Origin: Escherichia coli
GTDB lineage: Bacteria > Pseudomonadota > Gammaproteobacteria > Enterobacterales > Enterobacteriaceae
Assembly: GCF_050920415.1 (NCBI RefSeq)
Contig: NZ_CP169309.1
Direction: 5' to 3' (one strand)
Length of the DNA stretch: 64,000 nucleotides
Shown one piece after another: positions 36,402 to 48,216 of this stretch. The position numbers and the translations under genes are program-made. Positions within the stretch are counted from its first letter, which is position 1. Each line of letters starts with the position of its first letter. Below the pieces are notes generated by a model. That model saw only the letters and a list, made by a program, of their open reading frames with translations, made no database searches and had not been told where the DNA came from.

Positions 36402-38216
36402 CTACTCTCCCTGTTGTCTGGCTGACGGCAGTTTGGCCGCTTTATTAACGTCATACCACCATGTATCAATACCCAGGCTGTAAATAGGGCGCACCGCGGG
36501 TTGGGAGAATTTATCCCACCAGGCGAGACGGTCTTCCGCCATGTACCACATCGGCAGCATGTAATAATTCCACGTTAATACACGGTCCAGTGCGCGCCCC
36601 AACGGCAATAATTTTTCTTTATTTCCCTGGGCGGCAATAATTTGGTTGATCAGTGAATCGATAACCGGACTTTGCACGCCGGGAGCATTATAAGTGGAAT
36701 TGATATATTCCGATGACCAGGAAATCTGTAAATCAGAACTGGGCCACGGCATCGCCCGCCATACGCGAGGCATCATGTCATAGTCGCGACTGCGCATTCG
36801 ATTGGTGATTTGCGAGTTATCCACCTTGCGAATGTCCATGTTGATACCCAGCCGTTGCAGGCTGTGCTGGAACGGTAATACCCACTGACTATTGCTGCTT
36901 GCGGGAAGCAATAATTCAAAGCTGAGAGGCTGACCCGTTGTGGCATTAACGCGTTGCTGACCCTTCAGCACCCAGCCCGCTTCATTGAGAAGTTTGTCGG
37001 CTTTTAACAGGTTGTCACGATCGTAGCCATCGCCTTTCGATACCGGCGGCTGGTAGATTTGTGTGAAGACTTCTGGCGGAAGATCTTTTTTCATTGGTGC
37101 CAGAAGCACCAGCTCCGCGGCGTCGGGGTAATTTCTGGCTGCGTATTCGGTATTCTGAAAATAACTGTTCGTGCGACTCCAGGCATTGTAAAACAACGCC
37201 TTGTTCATCCATTCAAAGTCAAAGGCGAGAGTGATCGCTTCCCGGACCCGGCGATCGCTGAATACCGGACGTTGGATATTAAACGCCAGCCAGCGCGTAT
37301 CCTGGGCTGATTCGTTCTTTTGCTCATCTTTGATGATGTATTTCTTATCGAAATTTTTACCGGTATAGCGCGTGGCCCAGTTTTTGGCGTCGTTTTCCAT
37401 ACGCAAATCAAAGGCACCGGCTTTAAACGCTTCAAAGGCGACATTATCATCGAGGTAGTAATCGTAGCGAATGGTGTCGAAATTCCAGCGTCCACGGTTT
37501 ACCGGTAAGTTTGCTGCCCAGTAATCTTTCACGCGGGAATAGACAATATTTTGCCCCATTTTCCAGGACGTAATTCGGTACGGACCACTGGAAAGCGGAG
37601 GCGTGGCGAGCGGATCGCTAAGTTTGTGATTCTTCCAGTACTTTTCTGGAAAGACCGGCAGCGAAAACAGACTCAACATATCTTCTTTGCCGGGTTTCGC
37701 TAACTCAATACGCACGGTTAATGGTGCAATGGCTTTGACGGTGGTGCCTTTGTAGACCAGACGAAATTGCGGCACGCCTTCGGTCATAAATTTTTGAAAA
37801 GTAAACTCTACATCGCGGGCAGTAATGGGGGAACCATCATGAAAACGGGCGCGCGGATTAATTGCGACCTCCACCCAGGAATAATCGTCAGCATAGCGCG
37901 CACTTTCGGCAATCAGCGGATAATAACTGCCTGGTTCGTCATCGGAAGTAGTAAATAGCGTGTCGTACAACTGCTCGGTGCGTGCGCCTGGGTTGCCGCG
38001 CAGTGCATAGCGGTTGAAATTATCGAAGGTGCCGAGGGCTGACAACGTTATCTGCCCACCTTTTGGCGCGGCGGGGTTCACATAATCAAAATGGTTGAAA
38101 TTAAACGCGTACCGGGGTTCGCCCAGTACCGCAAAGGCATAGCTTTCCTTGATAGCCTGCGCCTGCGCACCAAAGGTGAACAGAGCGATAAACAGCAGCA
38201 GTATGCGCACAATCAT
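36402..38216 (-). CDS. yejA: YejA, periplasmic substrate-binding protein
   Basis: 604 aa from [21 protein letters not shown] (signal peptide). The ORF track adds 2 codons. Confidence 0.93.
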
Positions 38217-38297
38217 CTGCAACAGATTTCCTTTTACTCATCATTAGCCGCAAACCGGCATGCTTTCACTATGAATAATAAGGGACGTAAGCACGCC

Positions 38298-39854
38298 TTA
38301 CCACTGCGGCGTATACGGTTTCTTAAGCCAGCGGACAAAATCGTCCAGCGGTAATGGGCGACTGATCCAGTAGCCTTGCATGAAATTAACGCCGCGTTCG
38401 CTTAGCCATCGCGCCTGTTCCGGCGTTTCAACCCCTTCAGCAACCGTCAGCATATTGAGACGTTTCGCCAGCGTCAGCACCGCGTCAAGTACGGGTGAAG
38501 TGATCGTTTCCGTACCGATGGCGTTGATAAATCCACGATCAATTTTCAGATAATCGAGCGTAAAACGCTCAAGATAGATAAGCGCGCTGTGCCCGGTGCC
38601 AAAGTCATCAATAGCAATTTCAACGCCGACTGAATGCAGCCAGGCGAAGAGTTGCGTGGCTTCTTGCTCTTTCAACATATCGCGCTCGGTAATTTCCAGC
38701 ACAATCTGGAAATGATGTGCGGGCAGGGAAGTGAGCAATTTTTGGATATCAGCTTTAAAGCTTTCGCTATGCAGATGGTCCGGCGCAATGTTAATGCCAA
38801 ATTTGACGCCTACCGGCAGTACTTTTTCTAATTCTGCGGCATCGCGGGCAATTAACTCAAACAGGTGCTGAGTCAGCGGCACAATCATCTTTTGCGATTC
38901 GGCAAAGTTGATGAAGGCATCCGGGGGAATTTCTCCCGCTACAGGATGCCGCCAGCGTAGTAGTACTTCCAGGCCCGTTACCCGCAGAGCTTGTGTATCA
39001 ACCACCGGTTGATATACCACGTAAAATTGTTCGCGCTTGATGGCGGTCATGATTTCTCTGCCCGGTCGCATACGCACGCTCATCAGGTAATAGCAGAGAA
39101 GTCCAACCATTGTTCCACTCATGCCGCCCAGTAAAAATGCGTACCACACATCGTTCCAAGTCCAGTCATCCGCATAAAGCCGAACGGTCAGAGGAATGCC
39201 CGCAATTTTAGTTTCACGGACCGGCATGTCGGTTAATTCATTAACGTTCATCAAACGTGAAGAAAAGGTAGATAGCGCAGTATTGCCAATAATGAGGGCG
39301 ACGCCATCGTAATCTTCCTGCCGTGAACTATAAAAGAGAGAAGGCGTCAGGTTGAGATTCAGAGCGGCAAACACGCCGCTATTTTTCAGCAAAGGGTTGC
39401 GATACCAGATGACGATTGCGGGTTTGTTCGGCACCATCGGCGTGCCGGGTAAGATCGCCATATCGACGTTTTTATTAATGTCGAGCGCCGGAATCAATTC
39501 ATTGAGTGGAATGTCCATCTCACCAGTCGCAGATGAACAGAATGTTTTTTTATCTTTTACCAGCACAAACGTACGGACATTCATGCTAAACGCCGCGCGG
39601 GCAGTCAGTTCGGGGTTAGCCTGCTGGCAGGTATCTAAGGTCAGCGGCTGGAGCCGGTCAGTAGTAGATTTCAGGTCGGCAAAATAGGTATCGAGATACT
39701 TTTGTACGTCGGTAATCAGTGTGTCGTATTTGACTTCGTGCTTATGCCAGGCCACTAAAAACTGAAGGCAGCTCACCAGTATCGCAATCATCACGCCTGC
39801 AACGATGCAGGTAAGCATAAGCTTACGTCCAGAATTGGGAGCGCGTATGAACAT
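38298..39854 (-). CDS. pdeN: PdeN (Rtn), CSS-domain c-di-GMP phosphodiesterase
   Basis: 518 aa with 2 TM segments and a periplasmic CSS domain. The EAL domain contains EITER and DDFGTG motifs. Confidence 0.93.
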   Translation of the reverse strand: MFIRAPNSGRKLMLTCIVAGVMIAILVSCLQFLVAWHKHEVKYDTLITDVQKYLDTYFADLKSTTDRLQPLTLDTCQQANPELTARAAFSMNVRTFVLVKDKKTFCSSATGEMDIPLNELIPALDINKNVDMAILPGTPMVPNKPAIVIWYRNPLLKNSGVFAALNLNLTPSLFYSSRQEDYDGVALIIGNTALSTFSSRLMNVNELTDMPVRETKIAGIPLTVRLYADDWTWNDVWYAFLLGGMSGTMVGLLCYYLMSVRMRPGREIMTAIKREQFYVVYQPVVDTQALRVTGLEVLLRWRHPVAGEIPPDAFINFAESQKMIVPLTQHLFELIARDAAELEKVLPVGVKFGINIAPDHLHSESFKADIQKLLTSLPAHHFQIVLEITERDMLKEQEATQLFAWLHSVGVEIAIDDFGTGHSALIYLERFTLDYLKIDRGFINAIGTETITSPVLDAVLTLAKRLNMLTVAEGVETPEQARWLSERGVNFMQGYWISRPLPLDDFVRWLKKPYTPQW

Positions 39855-40034
39855 GATTCCGTTAATTTCCTGAAATTACGACAACATTTAAAAGATAACA
39901 ATGACCGGACTATAGCCTGGATCAAGACGCGGAAACATCATTTTCTCTGATGAATGAAAACAAAAAAGCACTGCCTAAGCAGTGCTTTCAGTTAACTCGT
40001 CAGGATAGCCAAGGGATTGCATCCAAACGGTTTA

Positions 40035-40601
40035 TTAGCTGCGGCTGAGAACCCGGCGTGCTTCGTTGTAACGCTTCTTCCAGTACGGTTCATTCATGCT
40101 GGAAATAATAACACCACTGCTGGTGGAAGCATGGACAAACTGATTGTTGCCGATATAAATACCGACATGGCGTCCCGTTGAACCGGCGCGGAACAGAACT
40201 AAATCACCCGTACGCAAATTACTGCGGGAAACAGATTTACCCATTTCCTGCTGTTCGTAAGTCGAACGCGGAAGTTCTAAGCCAAATTGCTCACGGAATG
40301 TACGCTGTACGAAACCAGAACAATCGATACCTTTTTTAGTGCTGCCGCCCAGACGATAGCGTACGCCTTTCCAGTCAGCATACTGATCCATAATTCGCGA
40401 TTTTACGTCGACATTACGAACCAGGTTTTCAAATTCATCCTGAGAAGCTTGCAGTGATGATGTTTCACTACCCACTGCACGTGTCTCAGGATGCATATTC
40501 TTTGCGGTGTTATTTGCACTACATGCAGAAAGCAGAACCGCTACTGCAATCGCGGGGATCCCGCGCAAGATATATCTCAAAATCGGTTGAGATTTGACCA
40601 T
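40035..40601 (-). CDS. mepS: MepS (Spr), NlpC/P60 murein DD-endopeptidase lipoprotein
   Basis: 188 aa with lipobox LLSAC. The NlpC/P60 region contains GIDCSGFV...H. Confidence 0.95.
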
Positions 40602-41013
40602 GTTGTTTGTTTTCCCTTGAAGTCCTTAACGACAAATATCGTTATAAAAAAATGCCAAGCGACACGAGACTAATTACCTGGGCATGTTGAAACAATTCCT
40701 TAAGGCCAAATCTGTGGACTAACGCACAAAATTATATGCTGTGAGGATAATCTACCGCCGAGGCAAAACGAGTTCGAGATTACCCGATTGGTGCGGTCTT
40801 GGCGAGTGGTTTTACATGATTTTTTATAAGAAAAAGTGATACAGAAAGTTAATAAGCGGGATTGGTCAATTAAAGTACGATTGAGTGAAACGCATACAAT
40901 CCATTCATTTACTTAGGGAATGATTTTTGTGTTCGATGAAAGAAAGCAAAGGCGCACATCATCAGGAATATCCTTACTATAAAAATAAACCTGATGATGT
41001 TAATTACCGTGAG

Positions 41014-41727
41014 TTATTTGTTTTGGAAATGTTTGTTTTTTCCCGGTAGTGATTTGTCAAAAAAGGTGATTAATCGATCACTTAATGGCGTCAGCAACAT
41101 CCAGGGCAAACCAATCAATATCACGGTCATCGAACCAACAATGATGTCAGTAAACCAGTGTGCACCAATCATTACTCTGGGAAATGCAAAAACCACAAAA
41201 ATAATAAGGGCGATAAGGCCTGCGACTTTGCCGAAATAACGCCACATGAATGCCGAAAAAATAAGCAGCATCATGCCGTGATCGCCGGGAAAGCTGTCTC
41301 GTGAGGCATCTTTCGTGGGGATAGGGAGCAGTTCGCTGACGCGGTTAATATTGGCAAAAGTTAATGTTGGGCTGGCCCGTTTTACAGGAATTAATGCCTG
41401 TCCCAGTTGGTTTAAGACCACTGCAGTTAATAGCATGACGAGGCCAATAATCACGATACGTCGTCGGCCTGGGGCGTTTTCTTTCAGCCAGAAACTCAGC
41501 ATCAACATTCCCATTGCCAGCAGTGAACAACCGTCGAAGGCACGATTATTGGTCAATGCAACCAGCCACAAAAAGGCCTTACTTTCGACCAGTTTCTGAT
41601 TAAAAAAATAAAAAATATCCGCATCAATCGGCAACCAGAATCCATGATTAACGGGAATATACCAGGAAAGAAACAGCGCGAGGCCGACAATATTCAACAA
41701 CACTATTTGCGGCAAATTTTTAATCAT
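41014..41727 (-). CDS. lpxT: LpxT (YeiU), lipid A 1-diphosphate synthase (PAP2 family)
   Basis: 237 aa from MIKNLPQIVLLNIVG. PAP2 motifs PGDHG and HWFTD. Confidence 0.93.
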   Translation of the reverse strand: MIKNLPQIVLLNIVGLALFLSWYIPVNHGFWLPIDADIFYFFNQKLVESKAFLWLVALTNNRAFDGCSLLAMGMLMLSFWLKENAPGRRRIVIIGLVMLLTAVVLNQLGQALIPVKRASPTLTFANINRVSELLPIPTKDASRDSFPGDHGMMLLIFSAFMWRYFGKVAGLIALIIFVVFAFPRVMIGAHWFTDIIVGSMTVILIGLPWMLLTPLSDRLITFFDKSLPGKNKHFQNK

Positions 41728-41765
41728 ATTTTCTCTAATTATCTTACTGAAAAACGCAGGCAACC

Positions 41766-42752
41766 TTACGCGGTAGTCGCTAAACGAAGCTTCAACAGCG
41801 CGCTCTGCAAAGCATTCCAGTCAGCTTCGCTGCTGGAAATCAGCTCAATACGACTGTCCGGTGGAGCAACGTTTTGCGTTTCAATGTGCAGGTCATCGCC
41901 CTGACGGTTGATTCGCACCAGCCCTTCGGGAATACGCATCACGCCTTTGACGCGTTCCACCGGTGCAAGTCGCGCCCATTCCAGAATGCCAATGGTGTCG
42001 AATACCGTATCAGCGTCGAATATCCAGCCACAGGCCTGATGCCCTTGTCCACTGTTCAGACTGCGACGCCAGCGTTGATGCTCTGGCAGGCTTAACGCTG
42101 CTAACCCTTTTTTCACGCTATGCTGATGAGAATGCGCCGCGCTGGCGGGCAACTCGGCTAAATTGCGACGTGGCAAATCCAGAAGATGACCGTCAATTTT
42201 CCCATGTTCGCTGTGAATTAAATGCCGATCGCCACCATTTTGCTGCCACCAGCGCTGTAGCGCTTGCTCACTTTCGGGCGTCGCACGGTCGGATTTATTG
42301 GCGACAATAATGTCTGCGGCAGCCAGCTGGTCACGGAAGTTTTCATTGCTGGCGCTTTTTTCGTCCAGCAGCAAGCGTGGATCGAGAATGCACAACGTGG
42401 CGCGCAGATCTATCCACGGTTCATACACGGGCGCGGTTAAGAGATCGAGGATCTGTTTCGGATGGCCCAGCCCGGTCGGCTCTATCAACAAGCGGTCTGG
42501 TTTTCCCTGACGCAGTAAGGTATTCAACCCTACCTGCATGGGTAAACCATTAACGCAGCACATACAGCCGCCGGGGATCTCTTTCAACAATGCGCCGCTA
42601 TCGGCGAGCAAAGCACCATCAATTCCGACTTCCCCAAATTCATTAACCAGTACCGCCCATTTTTCGTTGGGATCTTTATGGGCTAACAGATGAAGAATCG
42701 ACGTAGTTTTCCCGCTGCCGAGAAAACCGGTGATGAGGTTGGTCCTGGTCAC
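41766..42752 (-). CDS. yeiR: YeiR, COG0523 zinc-associated GTPase
   Basis: 328 aa. P-loop GFLGSGKTT and a GGCMCC metal-binding motif. Confidence 0.93.
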   Translation of the reverse strand: MTRTNLITGFLGSGKTTSILHLLAHKDPNEKWAVLVNEFGEVGIDGALLADSGALLKEIPGGCMCCVNGLPMQVGLNTLLRQGKPDRLLIEPTGLGHPKQILDLLTAPVYEPWIDLRATLCILDPRLLLDEKSASNENFRDQLAAADIIVANKSDRATPESEQALQRWWQQNGGDRHLIHSEHGKIDGHLLDLPRRNLAELPASAAHSHQHSVKKGLAALSLPEHQRWRRSLNSGQGHQACGWIFDADTVFDTIGILEWARLAPVERVKGVMRIPEGLVRINRQGDDLHIETQNVAPPDSRIELISSSEADWNALQSALLKLRLATTA

Positions 42753-42869
42753 AACGGCTCCGCAATATTCTTAAAAGTTAACTGAGCGTTAATCCTGGCT
42801 AAAAAAGGCAGAAAAGAGAAGGGGAGAGCGGACGAAGGCGAGCTTCATCCGCTTTAACCGCAGAAATCG

Positions 42870-44336
42870 TTAAATTTTGAGGGTGTTTAATAGCGCCTGA
42901 TGCGCGCCGAATTGTGCGATTTGTTGCCAGGCTTGTTCGATAGCCTGCACAAAATGCGGGTTATCTGGCAGATCATCACCGAAAACTTCACGCAGAGAAA
43001 GCAGGGCGGTTACGCGTTGTTCACTGCTACTGCCCGCAACAAGTTCGCAAATTTTATCGCTAAGCGGATCGCGAACATCAATGGCATTTCCGGCATCATC
43101 AACGCCGCTGACGTAACGCATCCAGCCTGCAACGCCTAATGCCAGCAACGACCAGTCCGTTTCGCGCGCCAGATGTATGCGAATACCTGCCAGCATACGT
43201 TGCGGTAATTTCTGGCTACCATCCATTGCGATTTGCCAGGTCTTATGTTTCAGCGCCGGGTTAGCAAAACGTGCAATTAACTTATCTGCATATTGTGTTA
43301 AATCGACATCTTTAATTCGCAGTGTCGGCGCTTGCTCATCCAGCATTAATGCTCTGGCGGCATGGCGAAATGCGCGATCCTGCATGCAATCACTGATGTG
43401 CGCGAATCCTGAGAGGTAACCCAGATAAGCGAGAAAAGAGTGGCTGCCATTAAGCATACGCAGTTTCATCTCTTCCCATGGCAGGACATCATTCACCATT
43501 TGTACACCTGCGACTTCCCAGGCAGGACGCCCAGCGACGAAGTTATCTTCCACCACCCACTGGATAAACGGTTCGCAGCTAATCGCGCAGGGATCATTCA
43601 CCCCCAGATTTTGGCTGATTTCCGCCAGTGATTCGTCGGTTGCTGCCGGAACAATACGGTCGACCATGGTTCCCGGAAAACTGACGTGTTCTTTTATCCA
43701 CCCGGCGAGTTCTGGTGAACGTTTTTCCGCCATCCCCTGCACCGCGTTTTTCACCACATGGCCATTGTCGGGAATATTGTCGCAGGAGAGTACGGTAAAC
43801 GGTGCAAGGCCGCGTTCACGGCGTCGTTTCAGTGCTTCGACGAGAATACCCGGCGCGGAGTGAGGTTCTTCAGGATTTTGAAGATCGTGAATAATCCGCG
43901 GATTGCTGGTGTCGAGTGCACCGGTGGCCGGGTCAATACAATAGCCTTTTTCGGTAATCGTCAGGGAAACAATTGCCACCTGTGGCTCGCAAAATTTCTC
44001 AATAATTGCCGCTAAGGAATCCAGTTTTGCATTCAGGCATTCGTGAACGGCACCGACAATTATCGCCTGATTGCCGTCCGCACCTTTCTCCAGCACGGTA
44101 TATAAATGGTTCTGTGCGCGGAGCTGGCTCATCAGTTGATCGCCGCTGAACAAGCTGATCTCACAGATCCCCCAGTCGCCGCCCTGGGCATTCAGCACAC
44201 GATCGGTCAGTAACGCCTGATGTGCGCGGTGAAAGGCTCCGAAGCCAAAATGAACGATACGTGATTGCAACTGCTGGCGATCGTAGCGTGGAGCGTGTAC
44301 CTGAGGCGGGAGCGTAGCGGAGGCGATTGTATTCAT
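42870..44336 (-). CDS. yeiQ: YeiQ, mannitol-dehydrogenase-family oxidoreductase
   Basis: 488 aa from MNTIAS... with HFGFGAFHRAHQ dinucleotide-binding N-terminus. Confidence 0.9.
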   Translation of the reverse strand: MNTIASATLPPQVHAPRYDRQQLQSRIVHFGFGAFHRAHQALLTDRVLNAQGGDWGICEISLFSGDQLMSQLRAQNHLYTVLEKGADGNQAIIVGAVHECLNAKLDSLAAIIEKFCEPQVAIVSLTITEKGYCIDPATGALDTSNPRIIHDLQNPEEPHSAPGILVEALKRRRERGLAPFTVLSCDNIPDNGHVVKNAVQGMAEKRSPELAGWIKEHVSFPGTMVDRIVPAATDESLAEISQNLGVNDPCAISCEPFIQWVVEDNFVAGRPAWEVAGVQMVNDVLPWEEMKLRMLNGSHSFLAYLGYLSGFAHISDCMQDRAFRHAARALMLDEQAPTLRIKDVDLTQYADKLIARFANPALKHKTWQIAMDGSQKLPQRMLAGIRIHLARETDWSLLALGVAGWMRYVSGVDDAGNAIDVRDPLSDKICELVAGSSSEQRVTALLSLREVFGDDLPDNPHFVQAIEQAWQQIAQFGAHQALLNTLKI

Positions 44337-44558
44337 AGGAGTCACGTCTTAGTAACGATTGATTAACAATGACAGTGTAAAGTTATATGACAGAAATTGA
44401 AATTGGTCTGGATTGTTAATGCGATGAAGTGTGAGGGCGATCAATGAACTGGTGAATATTACGGGAGAACTATATTCAGGAAGCGCAAAATAGAAGATTG
44501 GTATAATAAATTAAAAAAGGGACAGCCTGAGCTATCCCTTTTCTGCATGCGGCTGAAG

Positions 44559-45131
44559 TTAGTCAGCACGACCCATATAACGGCGTTCTTCGATATGGAT
44601 ACGAATTTTTTCGCCCGGGCTTAAGTATTCTGGTACCTGAATCACCAGACCAGTGCTCAATGTCGCCGGTTTGTTACGGGCGCTGGCAGATGCCCCTTTG
44701 ATGCCTGGTGCGGTTTCAACGATTTCCAGATCAACGGTCTGCGGCAGTTCAAGCGCCAGCAGTTGACCGTCCCAGGTCAGCACCTGCATGTCCGGCATGC
44801 CGCCCTCAGGCATAAACAGCAACTCTTCTTCAATCTGATCTTTGGTGAAGGTATACGGGGTATAGTCTTCTTTATCCATAAAGACATATTCGTTGCCATC
44901 GACATAGGAGAAGTCAACGTAACGGCGGGTCAGCGTCACGGTGTCAACGATATCATCTCCTTTGAAACGCTCTTCTACTTTCAGCCCGGTACGGACATCA
45001 GAAAAACGCATTTTGTACAGCGTAGCGGCACCGCGGGCAGTGGGCGACTGAATATCAATATCCTTAACCAGCAGCAGTTTGCCGTTGTAATTCAGTACCA
45101 TACCTTTTTTAATTTCGTTCGCTCTTGGCAT
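44559..45131 (-). CDS. yeiP: YeiP (EfpL), elongation factor P paralogue
   Basis: 190 aa from [22 protein letters not shown]. The ORF track extends upstream through non-coding sequence. Confidence 0.93.
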
Positions 45132-45285
45132 CGAAAAATTCCTGTAGTCGAAAATGTCAAAAATATCGCGACAAAGTACTCGCGACGGGCCTTTCGGGCA
45201 AGTGGTATTCGCACTTTTGCTGGTGCAAAAAAGGTGGTACTGTGCGCGCTCATCAATCCGGTGGTTAACCTTAAGAGAACAACGT

Positions 45286-45540
45286 ATGGAATGCCGTCCG
45301 GGTTGCGGGGCGTGTTGCACAGCCCCTTCAATTTCCAGCCCTATTCCCGGTATGCCAGATGGCAAGCCCGCCAATACGCCCTGCATTCAGCTAGATGAGT
45401 ATCAGCGCTGTAAAATTTTCACCTCGCCACTACGACCGAAAGTCTGTGCAGGGTTACAAGCCAGCGCTGAAATGTGCGGTAACTCGCGTCAGCAGGCAAT
45501 GACCTGGCTTATCGATCTGGAAATGCTGACCGCGCCTTAA
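45286..45540 (+). CDS. yeiW: YeiW, small Cys-rich protein
   Basis: 84 aa from [18 protein letters not shown]... Its 3' end overlaps the setB stop by 4 nt (convergent genes). Confidence 0.85.
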
Positions 45541-46718
45541 ACATCTTTAATCCGCAGTAAGCAAAACAGAGTGGCGATAATCATCACCATCGCAAACCAG
45601 AACACAGCGTGATAATTCCAGATCTCGGCGACGATGCCCGCCACAGATCCTGCGATGATCCAGCCCACGCGCGACGTGTTGGTATAGAGCGTGGTGGCTG
45701 AACCTGCCTGACCGGGCATCAAATCCTGAAAATAGAGCATCCCGATGCCACCCAGAATGCCAATAAAAATAGCATTTAGCAGCTGCAAGCCCAACAGAAT
45801 GACAGGTGAATGCGCCATCAGCATTCCTGCGTAAAAACAGACGCCACCCACGGCAGCAACGCGCATTAAGAAACGCTTACCCAGACGTTTGGCGAAATAT
45901 CCGGCAATCAACATGGTCGGGATTTCCAGCCCGGCGGCGGTCCCCATCATCACGCCTGCCAGTTTCTCGGGAAGATGCAGTTCGTTGATAATAAATAGCG
46001 GCATGTTGATAATGTACAGGCTGTTCGAGCCCCACATCAATGTACAAATGACAAACAGCAGCAGCGTATCGCGACGGTTACGGCGCGGCGCTTCAACCGT
46101 GCCGGTCGCCAGCGGAAGCTCTTTTTGCATCGACGGTAAAAACAGCCACACCATCACGCCGCAAACAATAAACGCTACCGCTGCGCTCAGATACATTACC
46201 GTAAAGCTGAAACCCATCGCTAAGGCATAAGCCAGCGGCGGGCCAATGACCCATGCCAGTGAAACCTGAGCGCGTAAAAAAGAGCTGAACATCACCGCCT
46301 CACGTCCGGTTTTGTCGGCATGTTCACGTGCAAGGGCAAACATTTGCGGGTTAGCGGTCGAGCCAAAGCTGCTAAGAAAGACGCCAACGAATAGCAAAAC
46401 AAAGTAGTTGCGATTCCAGGCAAAAAGGGTGCAGGCCAGCACGCCTAACAGGCAGCAAAAGACAATCAGCGATTTGCGATCGCCGCGCTTATCAGAGCGC
46501 CCGGCGAGAAACTGACTGACCAGAATCCCAATGACAGCGCTGCCGGTAAAGAAGAATCCCACCATCGCCGGACGGGCATGTACTTCATCGGTAAGGAAAA
46601 TACTGAGTGTCGGGGTTTGCAGAGCGCCCGCAATACCGGTGAGAAAGGCAACGATTAAAAACGCCGTCGAGGTCAGGTCAAACGATTTCGCGCTGGAGAC
46701 TGCGGGGGAGTTATGCAT
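45537..46718 (-). CDS. setB: SetB, MFS sugar efflux transporter
   Basis: 393 aa, 12-TM protein. Sequence recognised. Confidence 0.93.
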   Translation of the reverse strand: MHNSPAVSSAKSFDLTSTAFLIVAFLTGIAGALQTPTLSIFLTDEVHARPAMVGFFFTGSAVIGILVSQFLAGRSDKRGDRKSLIVFCCLLGVLACTLFAWNRNYFVLLFVGVFLSSFGSTANPQMFALAREHADKTGREAVMFSSFLRAQVSLAWVIGPPLAYALAMGFSFTVMYLSAAVAFIVCGVMVWLFLPSMQKELPLATGTVEAPRRNRRDTLLLFVICTLMWGSNSLYIINMPLFIINELHLPEKLAGVMMGTAAGLEIPTMLIAGYFAKRLGKRFLMRVAAVGGVCFYAGMLMAHSPVILLGLQLLNAIFIGILGGIGMLYFQDLMPGQAGSATTLYTNTSRVGWIIAGSVAGIVAEIWNYHAVFWFAMVMIIATLFCLLRIKDV

Positions 46719-46985
46719 GCTGGTCGATCACTGGAAGAGGAAGACGCGGAGTTTACGCTGCTTGTTAGAAAATAAACAGACAGCGAAATCAAAAGCGCCA
46801 CGAATAATCAAAATGCCATTTCACTGTTGCTGATTGGCTGCTGACGCTGCTGAAATGAAATTGCTGATAACGGATTTTCCCATCAGCAATTAGGAAAAAT
46901 GACAAAAAATTGTGCAGCACATCAAACTTTTGCTCATTACTTTACGGCTTTCCTTGCGTGCTGAAACAGAAGTATTATGCTTTCT

Positions 46986-47071
46986 TGAAACGTTTCAGCG
47001 CGATCTTGTCTTTAACCCTAAGCCAGGTTGGCGCTTTTTTTCTCATAGAAGCTGAATCGTTTCAATTCAGC
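46986..47071. promoter_or_regulatory. fruBKA promoter region with two Cra (FruR) operator-like palindromes
   Basis: TGAAACGTTTCA (46986-46997) and GCTGAATCGTTTCAATTCAGC (47051-47071) both match the Cra half-site consensus TGAA(A/T)C. Confidence 0.75.
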
Positions 47072-47085
47072 AAGAGAGGAGAACT

Positions 47086-48216
47086 ATGTTCCAGTTATCC
47101 GTACAGGACATCCATCCGGGCGAAAAGGCCGGAGACAAAGAAGAGGCGATTCGCCAGGTCGCTGCGGCGCTGGTGCAGGCCGGTAATGTAGCTGAAGGCT
47201 ACGTCAATGGCATGCTGGCGCGCGAACAGCAAACCTCTACGTTCCTCGGCAATGGTATTGCTATTCCACACGGCACTACCGACACCCGCGATCAGGTGCT
47301 GAAAACCGGCGTTCAGGTATTTCAGTTCCCGGAAGGCGTCACCTGGGGTGACGGCCAGGTAGCGTACGTGGCGATCGGTATTGCTGCCAGCTCGGATGAA
47401 CATCTGGGTCTGTTACGCCAGCTGACCCACGTACTGAGCGATGATTCCGTTGCTGAACAGCTGAAGTCAGCAACGACAGCAGAAGAACTTCGCGCATTGC
47501 TGATGGGCGAAAAGCAGAGTGAGCAGCTGAAGCTCGATAACGAAATGCTGACGCTGGATATTGTCGCCAGCGATCTGCTGACGCTTCAGGCGCTTAACGC
47601 TGCGCGTCTGAAAGAAGCAGGGGCAGTTGACGCCACCTTCGTCACTAAAGCCATCAATGAACAACCGCTGAACCTCGGACAGGGCATCTGGCTGAGCGAT
47701 AGCGCTGAAGGCAATTTGCGTAGCGCGATTGCGGTAAGCCGTGCGGCAAATGCTTTTGATGTGGACGGCGAAACGGCAGCCATGCTGGTGAGTGTGGCGA
47801 TGAATGACGATCAGCCCGTCGCGGTTCTTAAGCGTCTCGCTGATTTGTTGCTCGACAATAAAGCTGACCGTTTGCTGAAAGCGGATGCGGCAACGTTGCT
47901 GGCGCTGCTGACCAGCGATGATGCGCCGACCGACGACGTGTTAAGCGCGGAGTTTGTGGTGCGCAATGAACACGGCCTGCATGCTCGTCCAGGTACCATG
48001 CTGGTCAATACTATTAAACAATTTAACAGTGATATTACCGTGACAAACCTTGATGGCACCGGCAAACCGGCAAACGGACGTAGTCTGATGAAAGTTGTGG
48101 CACTTGGCGTTAAGAAAGGTCATCGCCTACGCTTTACCGCCCAGGGGGCAGATGCTGAGCAGGCGCTGAAAGCCATTGGCGACGCTATCGCTGCTGGTCT
48201 TGGGGAGGGCGCATAA
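47086..48216 (+). CDS. fruB: FruB, fructose PTS diphosphoryl transfer protein (EIIA-M-FPr)
   Basis: 376 aa with an EIIA-like N-terminus and an HPr-like C-terminus ([10 protein letters not shown]). Confidence 0.95.
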   Translation: MFQLSVQDIHPGEKAGDKEEAIRQVAAALVQAGNVAEGYVNGMLAREQQTSTFLGNGIAIPHGTTDTRDQVLKTGVQVFQFPEGVTWGDGQVAYVAIGIAASSDEHLGLLRQLTHVLSDDSVAEQLKSATTAEELRALLMGEKQSEQLKLDNEMLTLDIVASDLLTLQALNAARLKEAGAVDATFVTKAINEQPLNLGQGIWLSDSAEGNLRSAIAVSRAANAFDVDGETAAMLVSVAMNDDQPVAVLKRLADLLLDNKADRLLKADAATLLALLTSDDAPTDDVLSAEFVVRNEHGLHARPGTMLVNTIKQFNSDITVTNLDGTGKPANGRSLMKVVALGVKKGHRLRFTAQGADAEQALKAIGDAIAAGLGEGA